Assembly (NCBI GenBank): GCA_019748135.1
Contig: JAIEPZ010000005.1
Location: 23,413 to 87,412 of the forward strand
Length of the DNA stretch: 64,000 nt
Direction: 5' to 3'
From: Hyphomicrobiales bacterium
Lineage (GTDB): Bacteria > Pseudomonadota > Alphaproteobacteria > Rhizobiales > UBA4765
Below the pieces are notes generated by a model. The model ran no database searches, was not told where the DNA came from, and was given only the letters and a program-made list of their open reading frames with translations. The first letter of the stretch is position 1; every line of letters begins with the position of its first letter. Positions 9,014 through 17,149 of the stretch are shown here, piece after piece. Position numbers and translations under genes: made by a program.

Positions 9014-9819
9014 ATGTGATTGCCGACATGGCGCCAGCGCTTGTCCTCTCCGCGCCGCTGTTGCGGGTCGATGAGCTTACCAAATTCTACGGCGTCCAGC
9101 GCGGATGTCAGGGCATTTCGTTTGAACTCTATCCCGGCGAAATTCTCGGCATTGTCGGTGAATCAGGCTCGGGAAAATCCACCTTGCTGCAGTGCCTCGC
9201 CGGACTTCTGGCGCCGACAAGCGGTGATATCCACTTCCGCAACACGCAAGGCGTCGAGGTTGATGTGTTGGCCCTGCCTGAGCCGGAGCGCCGGCGTCTC
9301 ATGCGCTCCGAATGGGGCATCGTCCACCAGAACCCCCGCGATGGGCTGCGCATGGGGATTTCGGCCGGGGGCAATGTCGGCGAGCGCATGATGGCGGTCG
9401 GCAAACGCCATTACGGGCAGATCAGGGCCACGGCGCTCGACTGGCTGTCGCGGGTCGAGATCGAGGGTGGGCGTATCGATCACAAGCCGTCGCAGTTTTC
9501 AGGCGGCATGCAGCAGCGTTTGCAGATTGCCCGCATTCTCGTCTCCGAGCCGCGCCTTGTGTTCATGGATGAGCCGACCGGCGGGTTGGACGTTTCCGTG
9601 CAGGCAAAGCTCCTTGATCTCTTGCGCGTGCTGGTGCGGGATTTGGGAATTTCAGCAATCGTCGTCACCCATGACCTGGCGGTTGCGCGTCTTCTCACCG
9701 ATCGTCTGATGGTGATGAAGGATGGGCATGTCGTTGAAACCGGCCTCACCGATCAGGTTCTCGATGATCCGCACCATCCCTATACGCAGCTTCTCACCTC
9801 CGCCGTGCTGCAGGCATGA
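9010..9819 (+). CDS. phnK: C-P lyase-associated ABC-type ATPase PhnK
   Basis: Walker A GESGSGKST, signature FSGGMQQR, Walker B VFMDEP. ATGA overlap with phnJ. Confidence 0.9.
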   Translation: MNVIADMAPALVLSAPLLRVDELTKFYGVQRGCQGISFELYPGEILGIVGESGSGKSTLLQCLAGLLAPTSGDIHFRNTQGVEVDVLALPEPERRRLMRSEWGIVHQNPRDGLRMGISAGGNVGERMMAVGKRHYGQIRATALDWLSRVEIEGGRIDHKPSQFSGGMQQRLQIARILVSEPRLVFMDEPTGGLDVSVQAKLLDLLRVLVRDLGISAIVVTHDLAVARLLTDRLMVMKDGHVVETGLTDQVLDDPHHPYTQLLTSAVLQA

Positions 9820-10565
9820 GGGAGGCTGACATGGCGAATTCTTCAAGGCATGGCGGGTGTGATGCGATGAAAGCCATGATCGAGGTTCAGGGCCTGTGCA
9901 AACGCTTCGTCCTGCACAATCAGGGCGGCGCGCAACTGCCGGTATTCGAGGATGTGAGCTTCAGTGTAGCAGCGGGCGAGGCGGTCGTGCTCACGGGCCC
10001 GTCGGGTACCGGGAAATCGACGTTCCTGCGCCTTCTCTACGGCAATTACAAAGCCAGTTCCGGCGCGGTGCGGGTGCGCCATGAGGGGCAGTGGATTGAT
10101 ATCGCTGGCGATGCGCCGCGGCTCGTCATCGAGGTCAGGCGGCGGACCCTTGGCTATGTGTCACAGTTCCTGCGGGTCATCCCCCGCGTCACCACGCTCG
10201 ACATCGTCAAGGATACGATGATCAGCCGCGGCGTCGACGAGAGCGAGGCTGATCAGCGCGCGCGCGCGATCCTGGGGCGTCTCAATCTGCCCGAGACGCT
10301 GTGGAAGCTGGCGCCCGCCACGTTCTCCGGCGGCGAGCAGCAGCGCGTCAACATCGCCCGCACCTTTGTCGATCCGGCGCCGATCCTGCTGCTTGATGAG
10401 CCGACCGCTTCGCTTGACCAGCGCAATCGCGACGTGGTGGTGGACCTCATCGGCGAAGCGCGCCACAAGGGCACGGCGATTGTCGGCATCTTCCATGATG
10501 ACGAGACACGCGAGCGTATCGCCACCCGCAGCTTCGATCTGATACCCTTCAAGCAGGCCGCCTGA
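9816..10565 (+). CDS. phnL: C-P lyase-associated ATPase PhnL
   Basis: Walker A GPSGTGKST, FSGGEQQRVNIAR, LLLDEP. An ATGA-coupled start lies at 9816. Alignment to E. coli PhnL suggests the start could instead be 9867 or 9876. Confidence 0.88.
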   Translation: MREADMANSSRHGGCDAMKAMIEVQGLCKRFVLHNQGGAQLPVFEDVSFSVAAGEAVVLTGPSGTGKSTFLRLLYGNYKASSGAVRVRHEGQWIDIAGDAPRLVIEVRRRTLGYVSQFLRVIPRVTTLDIVKDTMISRGVDESEADQRARAILGRLNLPETLWKLAPATFSGGEQQRVNIARTFVDPAPILLLDEPTASLDQRNRDVVVDLIGEARHKGTAIVGIFHDDETRERIATRSFDLIPFKQAA

Positions 10566-11710
10566 TGACAGAGACGACACTGACCAATGCGATGCTCGTC
10601 CTTGATGATGAGATGATTCACGGAACGTTATGTCTGAAGGACGGCAAGATCGCCGACATGCAGCCGGGCGGGAGCCGGGCTGCGGGCGCTATCGACTGCG
10701 ATGGCGATTTCGTGGCGCCCGGCCTCATCGAGATGCATACCGACAATCTTGAACGTCATTTCATGCCGCGCCCCAAAGTGTTCTGGCCGGATGGGCTGTC
10801 GGCAGCCCTTGCCCATGACGCGCAGATGGCGGCGGCTGGAGTGACGACGGTCTATGACGCGATCTGCGCCGGTGTGCTTGATACCGGCAAGGATTACCGC
10901 AAGCATCTGTTCGGACGCATGATCGAGGCGATCGAAACCGGGCAGTTCGGCGGGCATTTCCGCATCGATCACAAGCTGCATCTGCGCTGTGAGCTGACCA
11001 ATCCCGATCTGATGGAAGAAATCGAGCCGCATGCCGACAGGCCGCTGCTTGAACTGGTTTCCCTCATGGATCATACGCCCGGCACGCGGCAATTCCGTAA
11101 AATCGAACACCTCATCACCTATGCCAAGGGGCAGGGAGATCGCACCGACCAGCAGATTGATCATGATCTCAAGCTGCGCATGGATGAGGGGCCTGCTTAT
11201 GTGAACGCCAATTGGCCGCGCGTGGTCGACCTCTTCGCCAATCGCCAGGTGCCGTTGGCAAGCCATGACGACACGACGGCGGAGCATATCGACATGGCCG
11301 CCGATGCCGGCTGCACGATCTCTGAATTCCCGACCACGGAAGAAGCCGCGCGCGAGGCCAGGGCCCGCGGCATGGCGACGGTTGCGGGCGCTCCCAATGT
11401 GGTGCGCGGCGGGTCGCATTCGGGCAATGTCGCGGCCAGCGATCTGGCAAGGCTTGGTCTGCTTGACGCGCTGTCGTCGGACTATGTCCCGTCCAGCCTT
11501 CTGCAGGCTGTGGGCGAGCTCCATCGGGCGCTCGGGCAATCGATGGTAACAGCGATGAGCTATGTGACGTGGCGGGCTGCTGACATGTTGCGGCTCACTG
11601 ATCGTGGTCGCCTGAAGCCGGGCTTGCGCGCTGACATCGTGCGCTTTCGTTTTGTCGGTACGACGCCGGTGGTGCGCGGGCTTTATTCAGCAGGCGTGCG
11701 CGCTCTGTGA
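10565..11710 (+). CDS. phnM: Amidohydrolase-family RPnTP diphosphatase PhnM
   Basis: 381 aa. EMHTDNLERH metal-binding motif and phnM position. 1-nt overlap with the phnL stop. Confidence 0.9.
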   Translation: MTETTLTNAMLVLDDEMIHGTLCLKDGKIADMQPGGSRAAGAIDCDGDFVAPGLIEMHTDNLERHFMPRPKVFWPDGLSAALAHDAQMAAAGVTTVYDAICAGVLDTGKDYRKHLFGRMIEAIETGQFGGHFRIDHKLHLRCELTNPDLMEEIEPHADRPLLELVSLMDHTPGTRQFRKIEHLITYAKGQGDRTDQQIDHDLKLRMDEGPAYVNANWPRVVDLFANRQVPLASHDDTTAEHIDMAADAGCTISEFPTTEEAAREARARGMATVAGAPNVVRGGSHSGNVAASDLARLGLLDALSSDYVPSSLLQAVGELHRALGQSMVTAMSYVTWRAADMLRLTDRGRLKPGLRADIVRFRFVGTTPVVRGLYSAGVRAL

Positions 11711-12402
11711 GCGAGGCCCGTTACGCAATTTATGCTGCGCCACGCCGTGATGAGGCGTTGTGGCGCTTTGGCTCGGGGCTCCTTGGCTATGATGCAGCAA
11801 AGCCCGGCGATGTGGCCGCGCCCGATCTGGCGGGGATAACGCGAGCCGACTGGCATAGCCTCACGACCGAGCCGCGCCTCTACGGCTTCCATGCGACGTT
11901 GAAGGCGCCGTTTCGTCTGGCTGGTGGACAAAGCGAGAGCGCGTTGCACAACGCGTTGTCTGATTTTTGCCGCCGGCATCAAGCGCTGCCCGCCTTTTCG
12001 CTTCACGTGGCCCGCCTCGGACCGTTTTTCGCTCTCGTCCCCAAGAACGCCAATCCCGGCCTCCAGGCGCTGGCCGGCGATGTGGTCGAGGCGTTTGATC
12101 CCTTCCGCGCCGCCTTGAGCCTGGAGGAGATGGCGCGGCGCAACCCCGCTCAATTGCCGGCCCGTGAACGCGGCTATCTCGAACGCTGGGGCTATCCTTA
12201 CGTGTTCGATGCCTTCCGCTTCCACATGACGCTCACCGGCAGGGTGGGTGAGGAGAAGCGGGAACAGGTCGAGGCAGTGCTCAGGGATGCTTACGCCGCC
12301 TTGCCGCCTGACCCGTTCTTTCTCGCCGAACTCGTCCTTTTTCGCCAGGACACCCAAGGCAGCCGCTTTGTCATCGTGTCGCGCCATGCTTTCACAGGGT
12401 AA
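11707..12402 (+). CDS. DUF1045 'putative phosphonate metabolism protein' with two H-x-T motifs (2H phosphoesterase-like)
   Basis: 231 aa. GTG start overlapping the phnM stop (GTGA). Motifs FHATLKAP (H62) and FHMTLTG (H173). Confidence 0.75.
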   Translation: MSEARYAIYAAPRRDEALWRFGSGLLGYDAAKPGDVAAPDLAGITRADWHSLTTEPRLYGFHATLKAPFRLAGGQSESALHNALSDFCRRHQALPAFSLHVARLGPFFALVPKNANPGLQALAGDVVEAFDPFRAALSLEEMARRNPAQLPARERGYLERWGYPYVFDAFRFHMTLTGRVGEEKREQVEAVLRDAYAALPPDPFFLAELVLFRQDTQGSRFVIVSRHAFTG

Positions 12403-12982
12403 GGCGCTCCACAGCAGCGATGAAAGCGGCTTCGCCCGCAGCAAGGTCAGCGTCATTGGCGATCTCGATCACGGATGCGGTATGGGTCATGAGCGGAGCT
12501 TCCCGCTGCAGGCGCGCGGCGATATCTTCAGCCCTTTCGCGCCCGCGGGCTGCCAGGCGTCGGGCGAGGGTTTCGGGCTGTGCCGTGACATGCAAGACGG
12601 CCACCGGCACACCGAGCGCCTCTGCTTGCGGCACGATCCGGCGCGAGACGTTCACCACAACGCTTTTTCCCAAGCTGATTGCTTCAAGCACCTCTGCGCG
12701 AGGTATGCCATAGCCCAGCCCGTGCGCCTGCCAGGAGAGGCAATAAAAGCCGGCGGCCTGCCTGGCGACAAACTCATCCTCGCTGATGGCCACATGCACT
12801 TCGCCACCCGCATCCGGCGGGCGGGTGATGTGGCGGGCGGGGAAAAGCAATGCCGGATTACAGGCGAAATGGCGGCGGGCGGCGTCAATCAGACTGTCCT
12901 TGCCGACGCCAGACGGCCCGACAACGAGAATGAGTTCGCCGAATGCGGGCGGGGAGGCGGTGCGATCAGCATTCATCGTCAA
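12392..12982 (-). CDS. phnN: Ribose 1,5-bisphosphate phosphokinase PhnN
   Basis: 196 aa. Guanylate-kinase-like P-loop VGPSGVGKDS. Its 3' end overlaps the DUF1045 gene by 11 nt (convergent). Confidence 0.85.
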   Translation of the reverse strand: MTMNADRTASPPAFGELILVVGPSGVGKDSLIDAARRHFACNPALLFPARHITRPPDAGGEVHVAISEDEFVARQAAGFYCLSWQAHGLGYGIPRAEVLEAISLGKSVVVNVSRRIVPQAEALGVPVAVLHVTAQPETLARRLAARGRERAEDIAARLQREAPLMTHTASVIEIANDADLAAGEAAFIAAVERLTL

Positions 12983-13010
12983 GAGCTAGCGCACATGTCA
13001 TGTCAGAAAA

Positions 13011-13694
13011 ATGAAGGAGAGCAAGTTGGACACCAGTCGGCCGGGACCTGAAAAAGGTCAAGCACCTAAAAAACTCGGTATCAAGCCGTTGATCCATGAC
13101 AGCGCCAAAGTCACAGGCGCCACGCTTGGCCGCTATACCGAGATTGGCGAACGGACCAAATTCGTTGAAAGCGCGCTTGGTGATTATTCCTACATCGTCA
13201 ATGATGGCGATGTCATCTACAGCGATATCGGCAAGTTCTGCTCGATCGCCGCCATGGTGCGAATCAATCCCGGCAATCATCCGATGGAGCGGGCGACGCA
13301 GGCCCATTTCACCTATCGCGCCAGCGCCTATTTCGAAGGGGAAGCCGACGAGGCAGAATTCTTCGACTGGCGGCGCGCCAAGCGTGTTACCATCGGCCAT
13401 GATGTATGGATCGGACATGGCGCGATCATCCTGCCGGGGCGCAGCGTCGGGACCGGCGCGGTGATTGCCGCCGGAGCCGTGGTCTCGCGCGATGTCGCTC
13501 CCTACACCATCGTTGCCGGTGCGCCGGCCAAGCTCGTGCGGCGGCGCTTCAGCGAGGAGACAGCCGATCGCCTGATGCGCCTCCAATGGTGGGAGTGGAG
13601 CCATGAGGCTCTGCACAAGGCGCTGCCTGATTTCCGTCGCCTGCCTGTCGAGGCATTTCTGGATCGATTTGAAGCAGTGACCGGCGTCAGCTGA
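13011..13694 (+). CDS. Hexapeptide-repeat (LbH) acyl/acetyltransferase, phn-associated type
   Basis: 227 aa. Left-handed beta-helix repeats (IGHDVWIGHGAIILPGRSVGTGAVIAAGAVV). Divergent from phnN across only 28 bp. Confidence 0.8.
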   Translation: MKESKLDTSRPGPEKGQAPKKLGIKPLIHDSAKVTGATLGRYTEIGERTKFVESALGDYSYIVNDGDVIYSDIGKFCSIAAMVRINPGNHPMERATQAHFTYRASAYFEGEADEAEFFDWRRAKRVTIGHDVWIGHGAIILPGRSVGTGAVIAAGAVVSRDVAPYTIVAGAPAKLVRRRFSEETADRLMRLQWWEWSHEALHKALPDFRRLPVEAFLDRFEAVTGVS

Positions 13695-13796
13695 ATTTGG
13701 CACGGAGTGTGCATGTTCTGTTGCAGATAGTACCGGTCGAAACGCAGACGATGAGCAGGCGGCCGGCTTCCTGAAACTGAAAATGAGGGTTTCCTG

Positions 13797-14357
13797 ATGT
13801 CCACACCCCTTCTGGCGATTGGTCTTTTGTCGAAAATCAGCTCGGTTGCGCGTCAGGGCCTCAATCAGGCGCAAAAGACGAGTGCGGCGACACAAGGCGC
13901 GGAAGCGGCGGCTGATCGGCAAAATGTGCCGGGTAGCCCGGCAAAATTTGACCTGCAAAAATTGTTTCAGAGCCTTGATCAGAACAAGGACAACAATCTG
14001 ACCAAGGACGAGTTCAAGAGCCTGGCGGGCAATCTGCCCGAGGGTAAAAATTCGTCATCGCTTCTGGCGCTTCAGGAGGCGGGCAACGGGTCGAACGATT
14101 TCACCTCCAAGCTGTTCTCCAGCCTCGACAAGGATGGCGATGGGCAGATCAGCAAGGAAGAGTTTGGCGCCATCGGCCAGGGCATCCGCGGCGTCCTGCG
14201 TGGTGTTGGTGCTGCTGGCGAAGGCAATCGCGGTGCCGCGAGCCTTGGCGCCTCTGGCTTGAAACCGGCGAGCAATACGGCTGGCACGGATGTCGACCGC
14301 GATCGTCTCAACCGTGCCGCCAACGCCTATAGCCGGACCAGCGCGCCGACGCTGTGA
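13797..14357 (+). CDS. EF-hand calcium-binding protein, low complexity
   Basis: Two canonical 12-residue EF loops: DQNKDNNLTKDE and DKDGDGQISKEE. Confidence 0.7.
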   Translation: MSTPLLAIGLLSKISSVARQGLNQAQKTSAATQGAEAAADRQNVPGSPAKFDLQKLFQSLDQNKDNNLTKDEFKSLAGNLPEGKNSSSLLALQEAGNGSNDFTSKLFSSLDKDGDGQISKEEFGAIGQGIRGVLRGVGAAGEGNRGAASLGASGLKPASNTAGTDVDRDRLNRAANAYSRTSAPTL

Positions 14358-14440
14358 TAACAAAAGCGACACCGCCCCGTTTTCGCCGCAGTGAAAGCTA
14401 TGGCATAAGCGGTTAGCGCCGGAAGCGTGCGCATGGGGCG

Positions 14441-15124
14441 ATGATGATGCAGAGGCATGATATCTTGCAGCGGCTGCTGATGTGGGGGCTGCTCGTCGTG
14501 GCCGGCGTTGCAGCGCCAACCCATAATGCTGCTGCGCATCCGCATGTGATCGTTGAGGCGCGCGCTGAAATTCTATTCAACGACAAGGGTGAGGTGATGG
14601 CGGTGCGCCATCTGTGGCGCTTTGACGAAGCCTTCTCATCCTTTGCCAAGCAGGGCCTTGACAAGGATGGCAAATATACGCGGGAAACCTTGCAGCCATT
14701 GGCTGAGGTCAATGTCAAATCGCTGAGTGAGTTCAGTTATTTCACGCGCATGAAAACGGGCGGCAAGCGCCTTGAATTCGGTAAGCCGGAAAATTACTGG
14801 ATCGATCACGACGACAAGGATGGGACGCTGGTCCTGCAATTTACCTTGGCGCTCGCCGCTCCCCTCCCGGTGGCGGTCGCGCCATTGATGATCGAAATAG
14901 GTGATCCGGAATATTTTGTTGCCTTCGAGATGGCGAAAGCAAAACCGGTTGCGCTTCTTCAGGCGCGCGCCGGCTGTGAGGCCCGGGTGCGCGAGCCTGC
15001 AAGTCTTGACAGCGCGGCTGCGAGCCAGCTGTCACGCCTGCCATCGTCGGTCAGGCAGTTACCGCCGGAATTGTCGGGGCTGACGCAAAGCCTGTTCAAC
15101 GTCGTGATCGTCACCTGCTCATGA
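14441..15124 (+). CDS. DUF1007 periplasmic protein (partner of NicO-type metal transporters)
   Basis: 227 aa. Signal-like N-terminus followed by the AAHPHVIVEA motif typical of DUF1007. ATGA overlap with the next gene. Confidence 0.7.
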   Translation: MMMQRHDILQRLLMWGLLVVAGVAAPTHNAAAHPHVIVEARAEILFNDKGEVMAVRHLWRFDEAFSSFAKQGLDKDGKYTRETLQPLAEVNVKSLSEFSYFTRMKTGGKRLEFGKPENYWIDHDDKDGTLVLQFTLALAAPLPVAVAPLMIEIGDPEYFVAFEMAKAKPVALLQARAGCEARVREPASLDSAAASQLSRLPSSVRQLPPELSGLTQSLFNVVIVTCS

Positions 15125-16116
15125 AGATGTCCGCGCGAACGCCGATGATCGTTGCGCTTGCGGTGCTGGCCCTGCTGGCGTTCGACGCCGTCGCAGCAGC
15201 ACAGGGCACCACGCCGTTCGGCGTCGGGCGGGCGGAGCCGGCGATCAATCCGTCAAGTTTCGGACCGCTTTCCGGCGTGGCAAGCTATATCGCCGTGAAG
15301 CAGGCGGAAATCTATCGCCTGTTTGCTTCCGCCATGCGCCAGGCAGCCCATGATCCAACGGCGATCGTGACGATCATCGGTCTGTGTCTGGCCTATGGCG
15401 TGCTGCATGCTGCCGGTCCCGGCCATGGCAAGGCGGTGATCTCGTCCTACCTCTTTGCCACCCGTGAGACGCTGCGGCGCGGGATTGTCATCTCGTTTGC
15501 AGCGTCGCTCGTGCAAGGTGCGATGGCGATCGCGCTGGTCGGGGTCTTTGCGCTGTTCTTCAAGGCGACGGCTGCGGCGATGGACCAGGCGAGCCGCTAT
15601 GCCGAGATCGTCAGCTATGGCCTGGTGGCGCTCATCGGCGGCATTCTGCTGGTGCGCAAACTGGCAGGTTTGTGGCCGCGCCACAGGCTTGCGGGCGCGG
15701 GCGGCGTGCGCTTGGGCCATCTGGATGACGGCACGTGTTGTGACGGGCATGTCGCCGATCCGAGAATGCTGCAGGGCAAGCTTGATCTGCGCAGCGCCGC
15801 GCTTGCGGTCTTTGCTGTGGGCGCCCGCCCGTGCACGGGCGCGATCCTGGTGCTGGTCTTTGCCCTCGCCCAGGGGGTCTTTGCCGTTGGAGTTCTCGGC
15901 GTGCTGGCGATATCGCTGGGTACCGGTGCAACAGTCGGCCTTCTGGCAGCACTTGCGGTTGGCGCCCAGGGACTGGCGATGCGGCTGGCGGCCAGGCGAT
16001 CGGGGCTGGCACTGGCATTCCAGCATATATTTGAAATCGGTGGAGCGCTGTTCGTATTGCTCTTCGGGCTGACCTTGCTGTCAGCGGCTTTCATCAGCGG
16101 GCCGGCATCGCTTTAA
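15121..16116 (+). CDS. NicO/RcnA-family nickel/cobalt transporter
   Basis: 331 aa, polytopic. HAAGPGHGKAVISSY signature. Cys/His-containing loop HLDDGTCCDGHVADP. Confidence 0.8.
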   Translation: MKMSARTPMIVALAVLALLAFDAVAAAQGTTPFGVGRAEPAINPSSFGPLSGVASYIAVKQAEIYRLFASAMRQAAHDPTAIVTIIGLCLAYGVLHAAGPGHGKAVISSYLFATRETLRRGIVISFAASLVQGAMAIALVGVFALFFKATAAAMDQASRYAEIVSYGLVALIGGILLVRKLAGLWPRHRLAGAGGVRLGHLDDGTCCDGHVADPRMLQGKLDLRSAALAVFAVGARPCTGAILVLVFALAQGVFAVGVLGVLAISLGTGATVGLLAALAVGAQGLAMRLAARRSGLALAFQHIFEIGGALFVLLFGLTLLSAAFISGPASL

Positions 16117-16125
16117 CAACCCGCA

Positions 16126-16539
16126 TCAATCATGCGCAGGGCTGGTTTCGGCGCCAAGCACTATGGGCTGGCCATGAGGGGTCGCGCGCGCCGCTCGCTC
16201 CCAGGCGGCTTGGCGATCAGCGAGTTCGCTTGAATCCATCGTGCCCTTGTCAATCGCCAACCCTTCGAGGGCTGCCAGCCAGTGGCGATAATAGGTATCA
16301 CCATGATCAGGGTCGCCGCCGGCCTGCGCCTTGGCGATTTCAGCATTGAGGCGTTGGCCCCACTCCTCCCAGGTGAACACACCGCGATCCCTCAGCGCCA
16401 TTGCCATGGCAAAGGCCTGGGCCTGCCAGGGTGCGGTGAAGACCGGCCCGTCCTCATCGCGCGGCAGATGGGGGAGAGGCAGCGCGTCATCAACCTGCCG
16501 GGTCAAGGTAAGGCTCCCAGCAATTAAGATAGACAGCAT
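16126..16539 (-). CDS. Nitrile hydratase accessory (activator) protein
   Basis: Sits downstream of the beta subunit. FTAPWQAQAFAMAMAL...FTWEEW... resembles NHase activators (beta-subunit homologues). Start is uncertain: ATG at 16539 overlaps the beta 3' end, and the ORF is open up to 16689. Confidence 0.7.
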   Translation of the reverse strand: MLSILIAGSLTLTRQVDDALPLPHLPRDEDGPVFTAPWQAQAFAMAMALRDRGVFTWEEWGQRLNAEIAKAQAGGDPDHGDTYYRHWLAALEGLAIDKGTMDSSELADRQAAWERAARATPHGQPIVLGAETSPAHD

Positions 16540-17149
16540 CGGCCGTGGTATCGGGCCCCCACAGCTCACGGGCGGTGAAGTGCACGGTATAGAGAAAATG
16601 CGGCGCCTCGCCATGCCCGTGCGCATGAGCGTCGGGGAAGACATGGGCGCCATGCAGCGCATGAATGGTGCCCCGCCGGCCTCGCGCATAGCGTGGCAGG
16701 CGCGTGTGGGTTGCCGGATTGATGATACGGGTCATCACCGCGTCGCCGATCTGGAAGCGCGGCTGAAAGCCCACCTGCCGTTCGGCGGGAAACCCGCGCA
16801 GCATGACCGCCTCGGCCTCGTCGGCCTTGAGCACGCGCTTGAGCGCGATGGGCGGGTCGATCGCCTTCCCGGCTGTCAGTTCGGTCTGGTTGACCAGGCC
16901 GGTTTCGACCAGCAGGCGTTCAAGCCCGGCAAGCCAGATGCGATAATAGCTCCAGCTGAGATAATCCTGCGCCGGGCGATCCTCGCGGGTGAAGCGCGCC
17001 ATATCGATGTTCCAGGCGCCTGTGCAGGCGCCGGCGACATAAAGCCCGAGCAGGCGCTTTTCCCAGTCCGCGTGGAACACCGGCTCGTCGGGTTCGGGGA
17101 CCACCGGACCAAAGCCGTGAGCGCCGCCAAGATCATGTCCGCCGTTCAT
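16490..17149 (-). CDS. nthB: Nitrile hydratase beta subunit
   Basis: 219 aa. Characteristic [10 protein letters not shown]-terminus. ATGA overlap with the alpha stop. Confidence 0.92.
   Translation of the reverse strand: MNGGHDLGGAHGFGPVVPEPDEPVFHADWEKRLLGLYVAGACTGAWNIDMARFTREDRPAQDYLSWSYYRIWLAGLERLLVETGLVNQTELTAGKAIDPPIALKRVLKADEAEAVMLRGFPAERQVGFQPRFQIGDAVMTRIINPATHTRLPRYARGRRGTIHALHGAHVFPDAHAHGHGEAPHFLYTVHFTARELWGPDTTADAVYLNCWEPYLDPAG

Noticed and set aside
14358-14440. I expected a cobalamin riboswitch or another metal-sensing leader upstream of the DUF1007/NicO cobalt/nickel transporter pair.
   Set aside because: The intergenic region is only 83 nt, too short for a B12 riboswitch, and I cannot see the conserved B12-box.
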